From: Candidatus Howiella sp.
Lineage (GTDB): Bacteria; Bacillota; Clostridia; Oscillospirales; Acutalibacteraceae
Assembly: GCA_050946935.1 (NCBI GenBank)
Contig: JBMNVR010000006.1
Coordinates: forward strand, 22,691 to 86,690
Length of the DNA: 64,000 nt
Direction: 5' to 3'
The position numbers were made by a program, and so were the translations under genes. How positions within the stretch are numbered: position 1 is the first letter of the stretch; every line of letters starts with the position of its first letter. The notes beneath the pieces are model-generated. The model was not told the DNA's origin and did not search any database. It was given only the letters and a program-made list of their open reading frames with translations. Shown here piece after piece: positions 55,891 to 64,000 of the stretch.

Positions 55891-56516
55891 TTTGATATTC
55901 CTCCTCTTACATTCTTTTCATCATCGGTATGCAGCCGCCCGACCACAACCGTTTCCGAATCGCACAAAGCGAGGACGACCACCGACTCTCCCGTGGGAAT
56001 CGACGTTTCCTCCTCACAGACCGCCTCAATCTCACAAAGGCGGTTTTGCAAAGTCAGATTGATTTTCCCGCGGCCCTCACCCTTCGGAGGAACCGGGATA
56101 TAGACCCGTCCGGTTTTCCCGAGCGCGCCGGACAGCTCGATATTGCCGCTGTCCTGCAGCTTCATCGCCTTTTTAAACAGCAGCGCCACCACAAGAAAGG
56201 CCGCCGCGCCGGCGCTAAGCGAAATCGCGATTGAAACCGCCAGCGGCATCCGGTATGTATCCGCTACCAGCCCGGCCCAGCCGCCGACCGAAAAAAAGGC
56301 GACCAGAGCCCGCACGCTGAACATGGAAAAGCCGTCATCGCCCACATCATCCGGAATGCCGTCGCCGTCAAAATCCGCGTCGGCGCCGACGCCGAAAAAA
56401 AGCAGCAGGGTTTGAAGCAACATAATAACCGTTGCCGGAATCGCCACGGCCGAGAAAATTTTGCTGACCTCGCTTAAAGAATTCCACCATGCAAGCATTT
56501 TCATTCCTCCTTCCAA
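55875..56516 (-). CDS. NfeD-family membrane protein (YuaF-like), upstream partner of flotillin
   Basis: N-terminal TM helices plus a C-terminal OB-fold-like segment (GRVYIPVPPKGEGRGKINLTLQNRLCEIEAV). Overlaps the flotillin start. Same arrangement as yuaF-floT. Confidence 0.7.
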   Translation of the reverse strand: MEGGMKMLAWWNSLSEVSKIFSAVAIPATVIMLLQTLLLFFGVGADADFDGDGIPDDVGDDGFSMFSVRALVAFFSVGGWAGLVADTYRMPLAVSIAISLSAGAAAFLVVALLFKKAMKLQDSGNIELSGALGKTGRVYIPVPPKGEGRGKINLTLQNRLCEIEAVCEEETSIPTGESVVVLALCDSETVVVGRLHTDDEKNVRGGISKWNLE

Positions 56517-56531
56517 AAAAAGAAAAAACGC

Positions 56532-57101
56532 TTATTTTCCGATTGCATACCGCCTGATCAGCCGGTCGGCGCGCACCTTGACCAAGGCGGAGGCATAGTA
56601 GATTAAAATAATCTTCATCCCCCGCGTCAGTTTTTCCCGTGCGCCGGGAAACGGCTCGACATAATCCGCAATCGTATCGGCAATTTTTTGCTCGAGCGAT
56701 TTTTCATCGAACACCGTCTCATAGTCGATTGTATCCAACAGATCACAGGTATATATATACAGCTTTGCCTCCGGAATAATGTCATCATCGGTACAATTGG
56801 CGGTGCCGTTGATGTATTCTAAAATATTGGCGATGTTTTCAAGGCTCGTCACCTCCCGCAGCATGTTGATAAGCATGATCCGGGTCAGATGATTGACCGA
56901 GTACCGTTTCTCCACGGGGCGGCCTACCCAGCCGCGGTTGATCCAGTTCTGAATCACCGGCGTTTCCAGCCCGGTAATCTCCCGCACCTGCTGCAGCATG
57001 ATGCCGCGGGTTGCAAAAAACAGGCCGGAGAGAAATTCCTCCGCCGTGCGGCCCCTCCTTTCAAGAACAGTGCCGGGGAACTTCGGCTCCATTCCGATCA
57101 C
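56532..57101 (-). CDS. Hypothetical protein with predicted HTH segment (DUF1836-like, tentative)
   Basis: 189 aa. IMLQQVREITGLETPVIQNWINRGWV looks like an HTH. It is the first gene of the nfeD-flotillin cluster. Confidence 0.4.
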   Translation of the reverse strand: MIGMEPKFPGTVLERRGRTAEEFLSGLFFATRGIMLQQVREITGLETPVIQNWINRGWVGRPVEKRYSVNHLTRIMLINMLREVTSLENIANILEYINGTANCTDDDIIPEAKLYIYTCDLLDTIDYETVFDEKSLEQKIADTIADYVEPFPGAREKLTRGMKIILIYYASALVKVRADRLIRRYAIGK

Positions 57102-57452
57102 CCGCCTTTCCTTTTCTTGGATTCATCCTATCATACATTCACGTGAATGTCAATAGTATTTTCGAGAATGTTAATTATGTTTTTCAGATTGAATGCAAAT
57201 TCTGCAGTTTCTGTCTTGGGTGAGAACGTTCGCACAAATCTTCCGACCGTTTTTCAAAAACCAGGACGGCAAAATCTCGCCCGAACGGTGACAGCGGATA
57301 ACCCCCGTAAAAAAACAGAAAGGCCGAAAGGAAAACTCCTTTCAGCCTCTTCACCCACAACAAAACGCACCCGTGCCGCTTTCCATCCGGTGCAAGCCGT
57401 GCACTTCACCTTTACAAACGCCCTCTTATCCAACCGACCGCGCGCAAAAAAA

Positions 57453-58109
57453 CTACTCGACGCCGGGCAGACCGTAAAGCCTTCGGCCGATCAGACGACC
57501 AAGCCAGGACACGACCGGCCCGACGGTCAGGATCACCAGTACGGTCATCAGCCCGACCGGCCCGCCGATCCAAAGAGACATTACAGTAAACAGCGCGTCC
57601 CAGGCCATTCGGATAAAGCGGAAGGGAATTCCCGGCAACCGGGCGGAGAGCAGCATCGGGATCGCGTCATAGGGTGCAACGCCTGCCGACGCGGTCATAT
57701 ACAGCACGGCTCCAAGTAAAAAAATAACAACCGTAGGAATCAGAATGCCGATCCGCGCCGGCAGGGTCAAATGATCATACGCCGGCACCAGCCGCCGCAA
57801 AATCCAGGTGCATCCATCCGCAATATATCCAAGCAAAAACATATTGCAGATGGTTCCGGTGCCGATAAACCCTCGACCGAACAGCAGTACAAATATTATC
57901 ATAATCAGATTCATCAGCATCTGACATACGCCGTAATAAATACCCAGACGCGCCGCCAGACCGATACTCAGGGACGAGTTGGGATCGGTCCCGAAATCCA
58001 GCATGACAAATAAAGAGACCGCAATCGACAATAACAGCACGCCGACCAGCATACCGATCTGACGTTTACGGACATAAGGATCTCGCAGCCACCGTTTCAG
58101 TTTTGACAT
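57453..58109 (-). CDS. Polytopic membrane protein (YczE/YitT-like, tentative)
   Basis: 218 aa with ~6 TM helices. No catalytic motifs recognised. Confidence 0.45.
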   Translation of the reverse strand: MSKLKRWLRDPYVRKRQIGMLVGVLLLSIAVSLFVMLDFGTDPNSSLSIGLAARLGIYYGVCQMLMNLIMIIFVLLFGRGFIGTGTICNMFLLGYIADGCTWILRRLVPAYDHLTLPARIGILIPTVVIFLLGAVLYMTASAGVAPYDAIPMLLSARLPGIPFRFIRMAWDALFTVMSLWIGGPVGLMTVLVILTVGPVVSWLGRLIGRRLYGLPGVE

Positions 58110-58417
58110 GGTTGTGCCCCCTCTTTACACATAAAACGCCGCGGCCGAGTCTTTGACCGTCGCATATCCGGGATTGTTTAAACATGGTAGCACAAAGTCG
58201 ACGGCATTGCAACCGCCAAAAGGAAGAGAACAATATGATGCTTAAAAAGCGCATTGTGATACATAAAACGGAAGATCTCCCCTGTGCCATCCGGCTCCGG
58301 CGCCCAAACAGAAAAACTCCGGAACACCCAAAATCGGTGGTGTTCCGGAGTTTTCCGTATTCTGAAAAGGAGCGTATGGTATGTGAATCAATAATTTGTA
58401 CTGCAAAGGCAGGGAAT

Positions 58418-61400
58418 TTAACCGGCCACGATCATTTTCCGCAGATCGACCACATCGCTGACCGTCAGAAGCTTATCCTTGTTGATGTCGCCGGCCGCCA
58501 TCTGCTGCGCCGTCTGGCTGCCGCTGACAATGATCTGGCGCAGTTCCACCACATCCGAGACGGTCACCGAACCATCACCGTCCAGATCGCCCAGTTTGAC
58601 GTCGGGTGCCTTCTCCCCCCGGACGAGGGTGACAACGCTGACCGAGTAGCCTTCGGTCGCAATGACGATACCACCCGCATTCATGGTGAACGCAGAGGTC
58701 TCCGCCGCCTGCGGCACGATATTCTCCGGATTCTCCGACGTATTGGTGTCCTTCAGCCCGGCCGTGTAGGTCTGTGCCGTCCGGCTGACCGTATAACCGG
58801 CGAACTCCGGAATCGCAATGCCGAGGTTTTTCGCCTCGCCCGTGCGGTTGACAATCTTGACACAGACGGTGCCGCCGTCCTCCGATCCGGTGAGGGTTAC
58901 ATCGAAATTTTGGGTGTTCACAATATCCAGGCCCTCTGCCGTCAGCAGATAAGGCTGGTGCGCCCCGCCAAAGAGAATATCCATATACGCCGGCGCCTGA
59001 TACCACGCACTGTCGTTGTCCATGAAAATAAGGCCCTGATCCCAGCCGTTGTCGTTGTGGCCGTCTACCTGCAGGCAGTTGGCCGAGCAAACGATCGGGA
59101 TGATGTCGCTGATACGCTCGGCATTATTGATCGCAAAAGCGTTGCAAAGCGCCCGTTCAAAATCGTGAGATGCCGCGTTCAGCTCGAACACCGGGAAGGC
59201 AAATTCCGCGTCAGGACAGATCGACCGCAGCGCGTCGTAGAGACTGATCGCCGCATGGATAAAGCTATAGGGCTGGGTGCCGTTCTCCGACCAGAAGTGA
59301 ATGTCAAACCAAACCGGCATACCATGCGCAACCGCGTTGTCGAGGATGGTTTTGTGATTGGCCAGAGTGGTAAGCCCGGACGCCGATCCGGTGAAGTTGT
59401 AAGGATCGGTGATGATATCCTTGTAATCAAAGTCGCCGGCAATCAGTGTAATATCGGTATCCAGCGCCCACACGGCGTTGGCGATCGCATTGAAACGCTC
59501 GGCAAAGGCCGCGTCAATCCGCTCTTCATTGCCGATCTGGAGGTAAGGCAGGTCATACGGCTCCTCCCTGCCCATCGAAATGCGAAGCTGAACCCACTCG
59601 TTAGAGGGATCGGTGCCCGTCGCGAACTGGATGAAGTCAGCCATATCCTCCGGCGACTCATAGCTGTTGAAATCGGGAACCGCCGCTACGCCCAGCGCAT
59701 CGCAGAGATCGAGGAACTCAATAATTCCAAAGCCGAAGGAGGAGTAGGTGTACCACCAGCCTCTATAGGTCCGGCGCTCCTCAGGCGCGCCGACCATATC
59801 CTTCCACCGGTACTCACTCGCGTTAGCCATACAGCCGCCGAACCGAAGAACCGTAATGCCCTGATTTTCCAAAAGCTCACCGACATCCTTGCGAACCGAC
59901 AGACCTTTATACCGTCCCCACTCGCCCGGCTGCAAGAAGACGTAGCCGAGGTCGAGGGTTCCGGGCTGTGCAATCTCAATCACAAGCTGCCCGGCGGTGT
60001 CGCCGCCGTCCGGCGTCAGGGCGAAGCTGTATTTGCTCCAGTCGCCCGAAACCGACACTTTCTCCTTTGCATAAACGGTCGCGCCGTCCGCGCTGACAAA
60101 AGAAACATAAGCGTCTATGGCCGTATCGGACTTGGCGTAGAAATAGCCCTCATAATCCTTGCCGTCGACAATATTCATCCCCTTGCGGTTGAGGCCCTTG
60201 TTGCTGATGCCGATCGTTCCCTCGCCGCCGGTCATGGTGATGCGCTGGCTCTGCCCATCCTTGAACGCATTCTCTGAGAAGAGGTCGAGCGTCCCTTCGG
60301 CCGAACCGGTCACCACGCCTCTCCACATGCCGGAGACCTTCAGATCAGCACGATAGGTCGGGATTTCCACCGTTTGCTCCGCGCCGCTGTCAGCCGTGTA
60401 CTTGATATTTTTAAACTTGGCGGTCGAGTTCCAGGCGCGCAGACCCGAAAGGCCGGTGCTGATCGGATTGGAATCGGTATAAGAGGCCGCCTTGTTCCCG
60501 TCGACATATACGGTTATGCTGTTTTCGGTCATGTCCACCCGCAAATTGATCCAACGACCTGCCGCAACCGCCGCACAGGGCGTGTCGCCGAGGTTGTTGT
60601 AATTATACTGATGCTTGGCAATACGCACCGCGCCGCCGCTGAGGAGCGAAATCTCATACCCGTTAAAGCTGTCGGCACCCGGCTTGGCGTCGCTGGTTTT
60701 CACGATAAAGCCGGCGGCCTCCCCGTCGAACCAGACGTCGGCCGAGAAACTGCCGCTGGTGCATTCGGAATCGTTGACAGTCAGCTTCGGTCCGTCCGAT
60801 TCCCGGTTAATATATATCAATTTCTCTTCGCCGGAGTCGTCGGTCATCCACTGTCCCGCCGCAACCGTGAAGGCCGATTCAAATTCGACCTGATTCGGTT
60901 CGGCAAAGCTCTCTCCGAAAATCATCTGAGACCAGATGCCGCCGTACAGCTCGTGGTTCACGTCCTCCATACAGGCGCCATACAGCAGGTCCGAAACCTC
61001 CCCGGCCTTTTCGGACGCCGCAACCTCCAGCGCGTAGTCCACACCGTACCGTCCGCTGGCAGGCGCCGACACAGCGTTGCCTTTCGCATCCTGCACCACG
61101 GCGGTATACAAATAGTCTTTTTCTTCACTCAGCACGTCTTCAACCTCCCAAATATTCTGACCGGCCGGTCGGGCCGCTTCAAACGTATCGACAAGATTGC
61201 CGTCCAGATCGCGTTTCTCCAGCACAAGGACAAGGGGGGCGTCGCTGTCACACAAAAGGTGAGCAGCCGCCTTCTCGCCCGTTTCGGAGTAAGTCAGCGA
61301 AACCGCCGCCTCATATTCCGGCAGGAAAAGATTTTCCGCCGGCACCAGCGTTTTGTCCATGCCGGTCGTCTGCCAGTAGAGCGAAAGCCCGCCGCCGCCG

Positions 61401-61834
61401 TATCCGTTATAATATTCAATCACAAGGCTGTAAAACCGACCGGCCTCCATCTCATACCAGCCGGTCGTGTTGGTCGCCCCGTGCGGCCCGGGATCACTGA
61501 TAATCTGCTTGCCGTCGATCAAGACCTTGACCCCGTCGTCGGCACTGGTCGTAAATATGTAGGAGCCGCTTGTCGGAGCCTGAATCCGCCCGGTCCAGCG
61601 GATCGAATAATGCTCGGCCGGAACACCGGCCATGGGCGAACCGCTCCATTCAAAATGGATCTGCTCAGATACCCCGCCGGTCACATAGGTCTCAAACCCG
61701 GTGCCGCTGTAATACTCGGCCCAAAGGCCGGTCTCCACCGTTTCCTCAGCCGATACGGGAATCCACATTCCAAGCAAAAGCAGGGAAACAATCCCCAGAG
61801 AAAGAATACGGCACAATACATTCTTTTTTAGCAT
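58418..61834 (-). CDS. Secreted cellulosomal-type enzyme: signal peptide, PA14 domain, LamG/concanavalin-like domain, clan GH-A TIM-barrel glycoside hydrolase (GH51/GH39/GH79-like), C-terminal type-I dockerin
   Basis: Start MLKKNVLCRILSLGIVSLLLLGMWIPVSA at 61834 with RBS GGGAGGA. PA14: GLWAEYYSGTGF..YSIRWTGRIQAPTSGSYIF..DDGVKVLIDGKQI. GH-A motifs: VLRFGGCMANASEYRW and LQIGNEER. Dockerin: LGDLDGDGSVTVSDVVELRQIIV..AGDINKDKLLTVSDVVDLRKMIV. Confidence 0.8.
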   Translation of the reverse strand: MLKKNVLCRILSLGIVSLLLLGMWIPVSAEETVETGLWAEYYSGTGFETYVTGGVSEQIHFEWSGSPMAGVPAEHYSIRWTGRIQAPTSGSYIFTTSADDGVKVLIDGKQIISDPGPHGATNTTGWYEMEAGRFYSLVIEYYNGYGGGGLSLYWQTTGMDKTLVPAENLFLPEYEAAVSLTYSETGEKAAAHLLCDSDAPLVLVLEKRDLDGNLVDTFEAARPAGQNIWEVEDVLSEEKDYLYTAVVQDAKGNAVSAPASGRYGVDYALEVAASEKAGEVSDLLYGACMEDVNHELYGGIWSQMIFGESFAEPNQVEFESAFTVAAGQWMTDDSGEEKLIYINRESDGPKLTVNDSECTSGSFSADVWFDGEAAGFIVKTSDAKPGADSFNGYEISLLSGGAVRIAKHQYNYNNLGDTPCAAVAAGRWINLRVDMTENSITVYVDGNKAASYTDSNPISTGLSGLRAWNSTAKFKNIKYTADSGAEQTVEIPTYRADLKVSGMWRGVVTGSAEGTLDLFSENAFKDGQSQRITMTGGEGTIGISNKGLNRKGMNIVDGKDYEGYFYAKSDTAIDAYVSFVSADGATVYAKEKVSVSGDWSKYSFALTPDGGDTAGQLVIEIAQPGTLDLGYVFLQPGEWGRYKGLSVRKDVGELLENQGITVLRFGGCMANASEYRWKDMVGAPEERRTYRGWWYTYSSFGFGIIEFLDLCDALGVAAVPDFNSYESPEDMADFIQFATGTDPSNEWVQLRISMGREEPYDLPYLQIGNEERIDAAFAERFNAIANAVWALDTDITLIAGDFDYKDIITDPYNFTGSASGLTTLANHKTILDNAVAHGMPVWFDIHFWSENGTQPYSFIHAAISLYDALRSICPDAEFAFPVFELNAASHDFERALCNAFAINNAERISDIIPIVCSANCLQVDGHNDNGWDQGLIFMDNDSAWYQAPAYMDILFGGAHQPYLLTAEGLDIVNTQNFDVTLTGSEDGGTVCVKIVNRTGEAKNLGIAIPEFAGYTVSRTAQTYTAGLKDTNTSENPENIVPQAAETSAFTMNAGGIVIATEGYSVSVVTLVRGEKAPDVKLGDLDGDGSVTVSDVVELRQIIVSGSQTAQQMAAGDINKDKLLTVSDVVDLRKMIVAG

Positions 61835-61878
61835 ACAGTCCATCCTCCCGGAAGTTTTGGCCACAAACCGCAGCAAAC

Positions 61879-61934
61879 ATTAACGTTAACATTAACGTTA
61901 ATCATACTATAACATCGAATCAACAAAATGTCAA
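61879..61934 (-). promoter_or_regulatory. Near-consensus sigma-A promoter (TTGACA-17-TATAGT) followed by tandem ATTAACGTTAA(C/T) palindromes, upstream of the dockerin enzyme gene
   Basis: Minus-strand reading: TTGACAttttgttgattcgatgtTATAGTatgATTAACGTTAATGTTAACGTTAATgtttgc. Same architecture as 44806-44860. Confidence 0.55.
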
Positions 61935-61995
61935 TAGGAAAATCGTGCTTTTTTTGATGCCCTGCAATAAAAAACACGATTTAAAATTCCACATA

Positions 61996-62328
61996 TTATA
62001 TGTATCGAAAGCGATTCTCTTCATGGTCAGAAACCGTCTGCCCGGCCGAGCCTTTCAAATACAGGTACAACATTTTCAGCATGAGTTCGCTCATATCATC
62101 CTTTTTATGAATCTCCAAATCATAATAAAACCAGCGGTACAGGTCGCTCTTCTCGTCCAGGATCACGTTGCGGAAATACTCCCCCAGGGTAAAGTGGTAA
62201 AAGATCAGCTCCTCATAATCGCAGTTGGTCAGATCGCGAATGATCGTTTTAGGCAAAAGCTCCTTCAATCTGCGGGTCACAATCTCGCCGAACGAAAAAA
62301 AGGACATAATTCTCACCTCGAATTTCAT
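61996..62328 (-). CDS. Hypothetical protein (110 aa), divergent from an XRE regulator
   Basis: No recognisable domain. Lower GC than the core genome. Confidence 0.35.
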   Translation of the reverse strand: MKFEVRIMSFFSFGEIVTRRLKELLPKTIIRDLTNCDYEELIFYHFTLGEYFRNVILDEKSDLYRWFYYDLEIHKKDDMSELMLKMLYLYLKGSAGQTVSDHEENRFRYI

Positions 62329-62382
62329 TATAGGTCAATTTCACCATATTTTCAATAGGTCGAAATAACATAATTAAATCGG

Positions 62383-62616
62383 GTGATTGAAATGAACCGA
62401 TTGAAGCAACTACGAAAAGCAAAAGGTTATACGCAGATAAAAGTACAGTTTCTAACCGGAATCAATCAGAGTGATTATTCCAAAATCGAAAATGGCAAAC
62501 GCTTTATGACCTTTGAGCAATGCAAGCGCATTGCAATCGCGCTCAATACCAGCATGGATTATCTCGCCGGGTTGACAGATGTAAAGGAAGCCTATCCCCG
62601 CACAATTTCCAAATAG
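62383..62616 (+). CDS. XRE-family helix-turn-helix transcriptional regulator
   Basis: LKQLRKAKGYTQIKVQFLTGINQSDYSKIENGKRFMTFEQCKRIAIAL is a Cro/C1-type HTH. Confidence 0.7.
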   Translation: MIEMNRLKQLRKAKGYTQIKVQFLTGINQSDYSKIENGKRFMTFEQCKRIAIALNTSMDYLAGLTDVKEAYPRTISK

Positions 62617-62863
62617 GCCAATTTATCCATATATTTATTAGGTCATTAAAACCACTTCTCTCCACGCCCTTGAAAACAGCGGCTTTTCTCCTCCGCCCGT
62701 AGCAACGGCGGAGCAACGGAAAAGTTTCTGCACAGGTTCAAGGTGTTGCAAGCCGGCCTCGGAAGCTTTTTCTGTTCGCACATTGTAACAAACCCGCTCT
62801 CTGTCGAAAAAACAGAGGGCGGGTTTCATTTTCGGCCGGCGCTTGCCGTTCAAACAGATCAGG

Positions 62864-63793
62864 CTATTCCCCGTCGAGGCAGAGGCCCCGATAGGTTTTG
62901 ATGCCGACGATTCCATCGGCCGCCTTGCCCTCTCGCTTCTGCCACGCCTTAACCGCCGCGCGTGTTTTCGCGCCGTAAATAGCGTCTACACCGTCCGGTA
63001 TCAAAAGCCGCTGCACAAATACGACCAGGTGTCCTCGGCTGCCAGTCTTCAGAACATGTGCCTTGCATGCTGCCTCTGTCTTTTTACCGATGATTCCATC
63101 AACGTCCACCGGGCTGCCGTCCAGAGTTAGCGCGATCTGCATGGCCTTTACCTTGTCGCTCTCGCTGGATGCCGCAGACACGGCATAAATAAATGCTGCC
63201 GGGTCTGTTCCATATCCGGGGATCGGTTCATTTTTTGCCGGGTTTTCGTTCACCGAAAACGCCACTCCGGCCCAATCGCACACGCCCTTTGCGATTGCCG
63301 CTGCCAACGCGGTCTGATAGGCCGGGTCGCAGAGCCTCGCCCGGTCGGCGTCATTGTTGATGAATCCGGTTTCCACCAGGATGGCGGGCATATTTGTTGC
63401 TTTCAGCACATACAGTCCCGGCCGCAGCTTGACCCCGCGGTCGGTTGCGCCGGTGGTCTGAACTATGGCCGTCTGCACCGTCTGCGCAAGGCTGTATGCC
63501 TTGCTCCCGGTCGAGTAGACCAGCGTCTCGATCCCGGTGGCGGGTGTGCCGCTGTTGGAATTCAAATGGATGGAGACAAATACATCCGCGCGCGCGCCGT
63601 TGGCCGCTCCACAACGGCTTGCAAGGGTCGTGCTCACATCCTCTGTCCGGGTCAGTTCGGCCTTTACGCCGTTCGCCATCAACTGTTCAGCCAGCTTTTT
63701 GGAAATCTCCAGTGCCAGATCTTTTTCAGCCTGTCCGCCACCGGCCGCGCCGGGGTCTATGCCGCCGTGACCCGGGTCTATGTATACCAGCAT
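62864..63793 (-). CDS. N-acetylmuramoyl-L-alanine amidase (Amidase_3 catalytic domain plus C-terminal peptidoglycan-binding repeats). Endolysin-like.
   Basis: MLVYIDPGHGGIDPGA..FVSIHLNS..ILVETGFINN (Amidase_3). C-terminal tandem PG_binding_1-like repeats (..DGIIGKKTEAACKAHV.. and ..DAIYGAKTRAAVKAWQ..). RBS GAGGAGGAATAAGC. Confidence 0.8.
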   Translation of the reverse strand: MLVYIDPGHGGIDPGAAGGGQAEKDLALEISKKLAEQLMANGVKAELTRTEDVSTTLASRCGAANGARADVFVSIHLNSNSGTPATGIETLVYSTGSKAYSLAQTVQTAIVQTTGATDRGVKLRPGLYVLKATNMPAILVETGFINNDADRARLCDPAYQTALAAAIAKGVCDWAGVAFSVNENPAKNEPIPGYGTDPAAFIYAVSAASSESDKVKAMQIALTLDGSPVDVDGIIGKKTEAACKAHVLKTGSRGHLVVFVQRLLIPDGVDAIYGAKTRAAVKAWQKREGKAADGIVGIKTYRGLCLDGE

Positions 63794-63795
63794 GC

Positions 63796-63996
63796 TTATT
63801 CCTCCTCTTTCTTGGGCAGATTCATGACCGCCGCAAGGCCGGCCGCCACGGCCGACACGCCCACGCCCATCAACACGGTTTTCAGCACGTTCAGGTCGGA
63901 GAAATCGCTCCCGACATACAGTGCAATGTTGGCGGCAAAATACCCCACCGCTGCCTGGACAAAGGTTCTCACTGCTCTTTTCAATGTTTCTTTCAT
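63796..63996 (-). CDS. Phage-type holin (66 aa, two TM helices, charged C-terminus)
   Basis: MKETLKRAVRTFVQAAVGYFAANIALYV..LMGVGVSAVAAGLAAVMNLPKKEEE. It ends 3 nt before the amidase start, a classic holin-endolysin arrangement. Confidence 0.6.
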   Translation of the reverse strand: MKETLKRAVRTFVQAAVGYFAANIALYVGSDFSDLNVLKTVLMGVGVSAVAAGLAAVMNLPKKEEE

Positions 63997-64000
63997 TTTT

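Noticed and set aside
58184-60277. 697-aa + strand ORF (and 60374..61831, 485 aa)
   Set aside because: Antisense to the PA14-GH-dockerin gene. The dockerin, PA14 and signal peptide on the minus strand settle the coding strand.

Overview
The window reads as a chromosomal segment from a high-GC (~58-62%) spore-forming Clostridia (Oscillospiraceae/Ruminococcaceae-like) genome. Conserved core genes, with sense strand, are: galU (-); hisH-hisF (-); a long Bacillus-type SRP RNA followed by dnaX-ybaB-recR (+); thiI plus a cysteine desulfurase (-); a ypeB-like gene (+); spoIIP (-); gpr (-); rpsT (+); nifU/iscU plus nifS (-); rnhA (-); and an nfeD-flotillin operon (-). Among them sits accessory material that carries most of the interest.

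(1) A 26-kb cluster (240..25794) holds four very large secreted multi-module glycan-binding proteins built from F5/8 type C (CBM32-like), NPCBM, CBM6/35-like and FIVAR modules plus a concanavalin-like module. All four end in the same ~125-aa C-terminal module, which is not a recognisable sorting signal. Two paralogs lie in inverted orientation around the central gene. They show mosaic near-identical blocks, and one copy is frameshifted.

(2) An in-frame CinA-sortase B fusion ORF (28801..31638) is followed by a Pro-rich membrane-anchored protein.

(3) A glycyl-radical enzyme and its activase (41849..44775) lie next to a GH38-like hydrolase.

(4) Five tandem copies of a ~138-bp structured, terminator-like repeat (52345..53020) show compensatory stem changes. 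A solo copy lies downstream of the glycyl-radical enzyme.

(5) A 24-bp double-palindrome operator (ATTAACGTTAA-NG-TTAACGWTAAT) overlaps near-consensus promoters of two unlinked operons.

(6) A low-GC GNAT acetyltransferase cassette is flanked by ~22-bp direct repeats.

(7) A PA14-LamG-glycoside hydrolase carries a C-terminal dockerin.

(8) A prophage-type holin-endolysin cassette sits at the 3' end.

Many long ORFs in the supplied track are antisense artefacts of GC-rich genes and were rejected.
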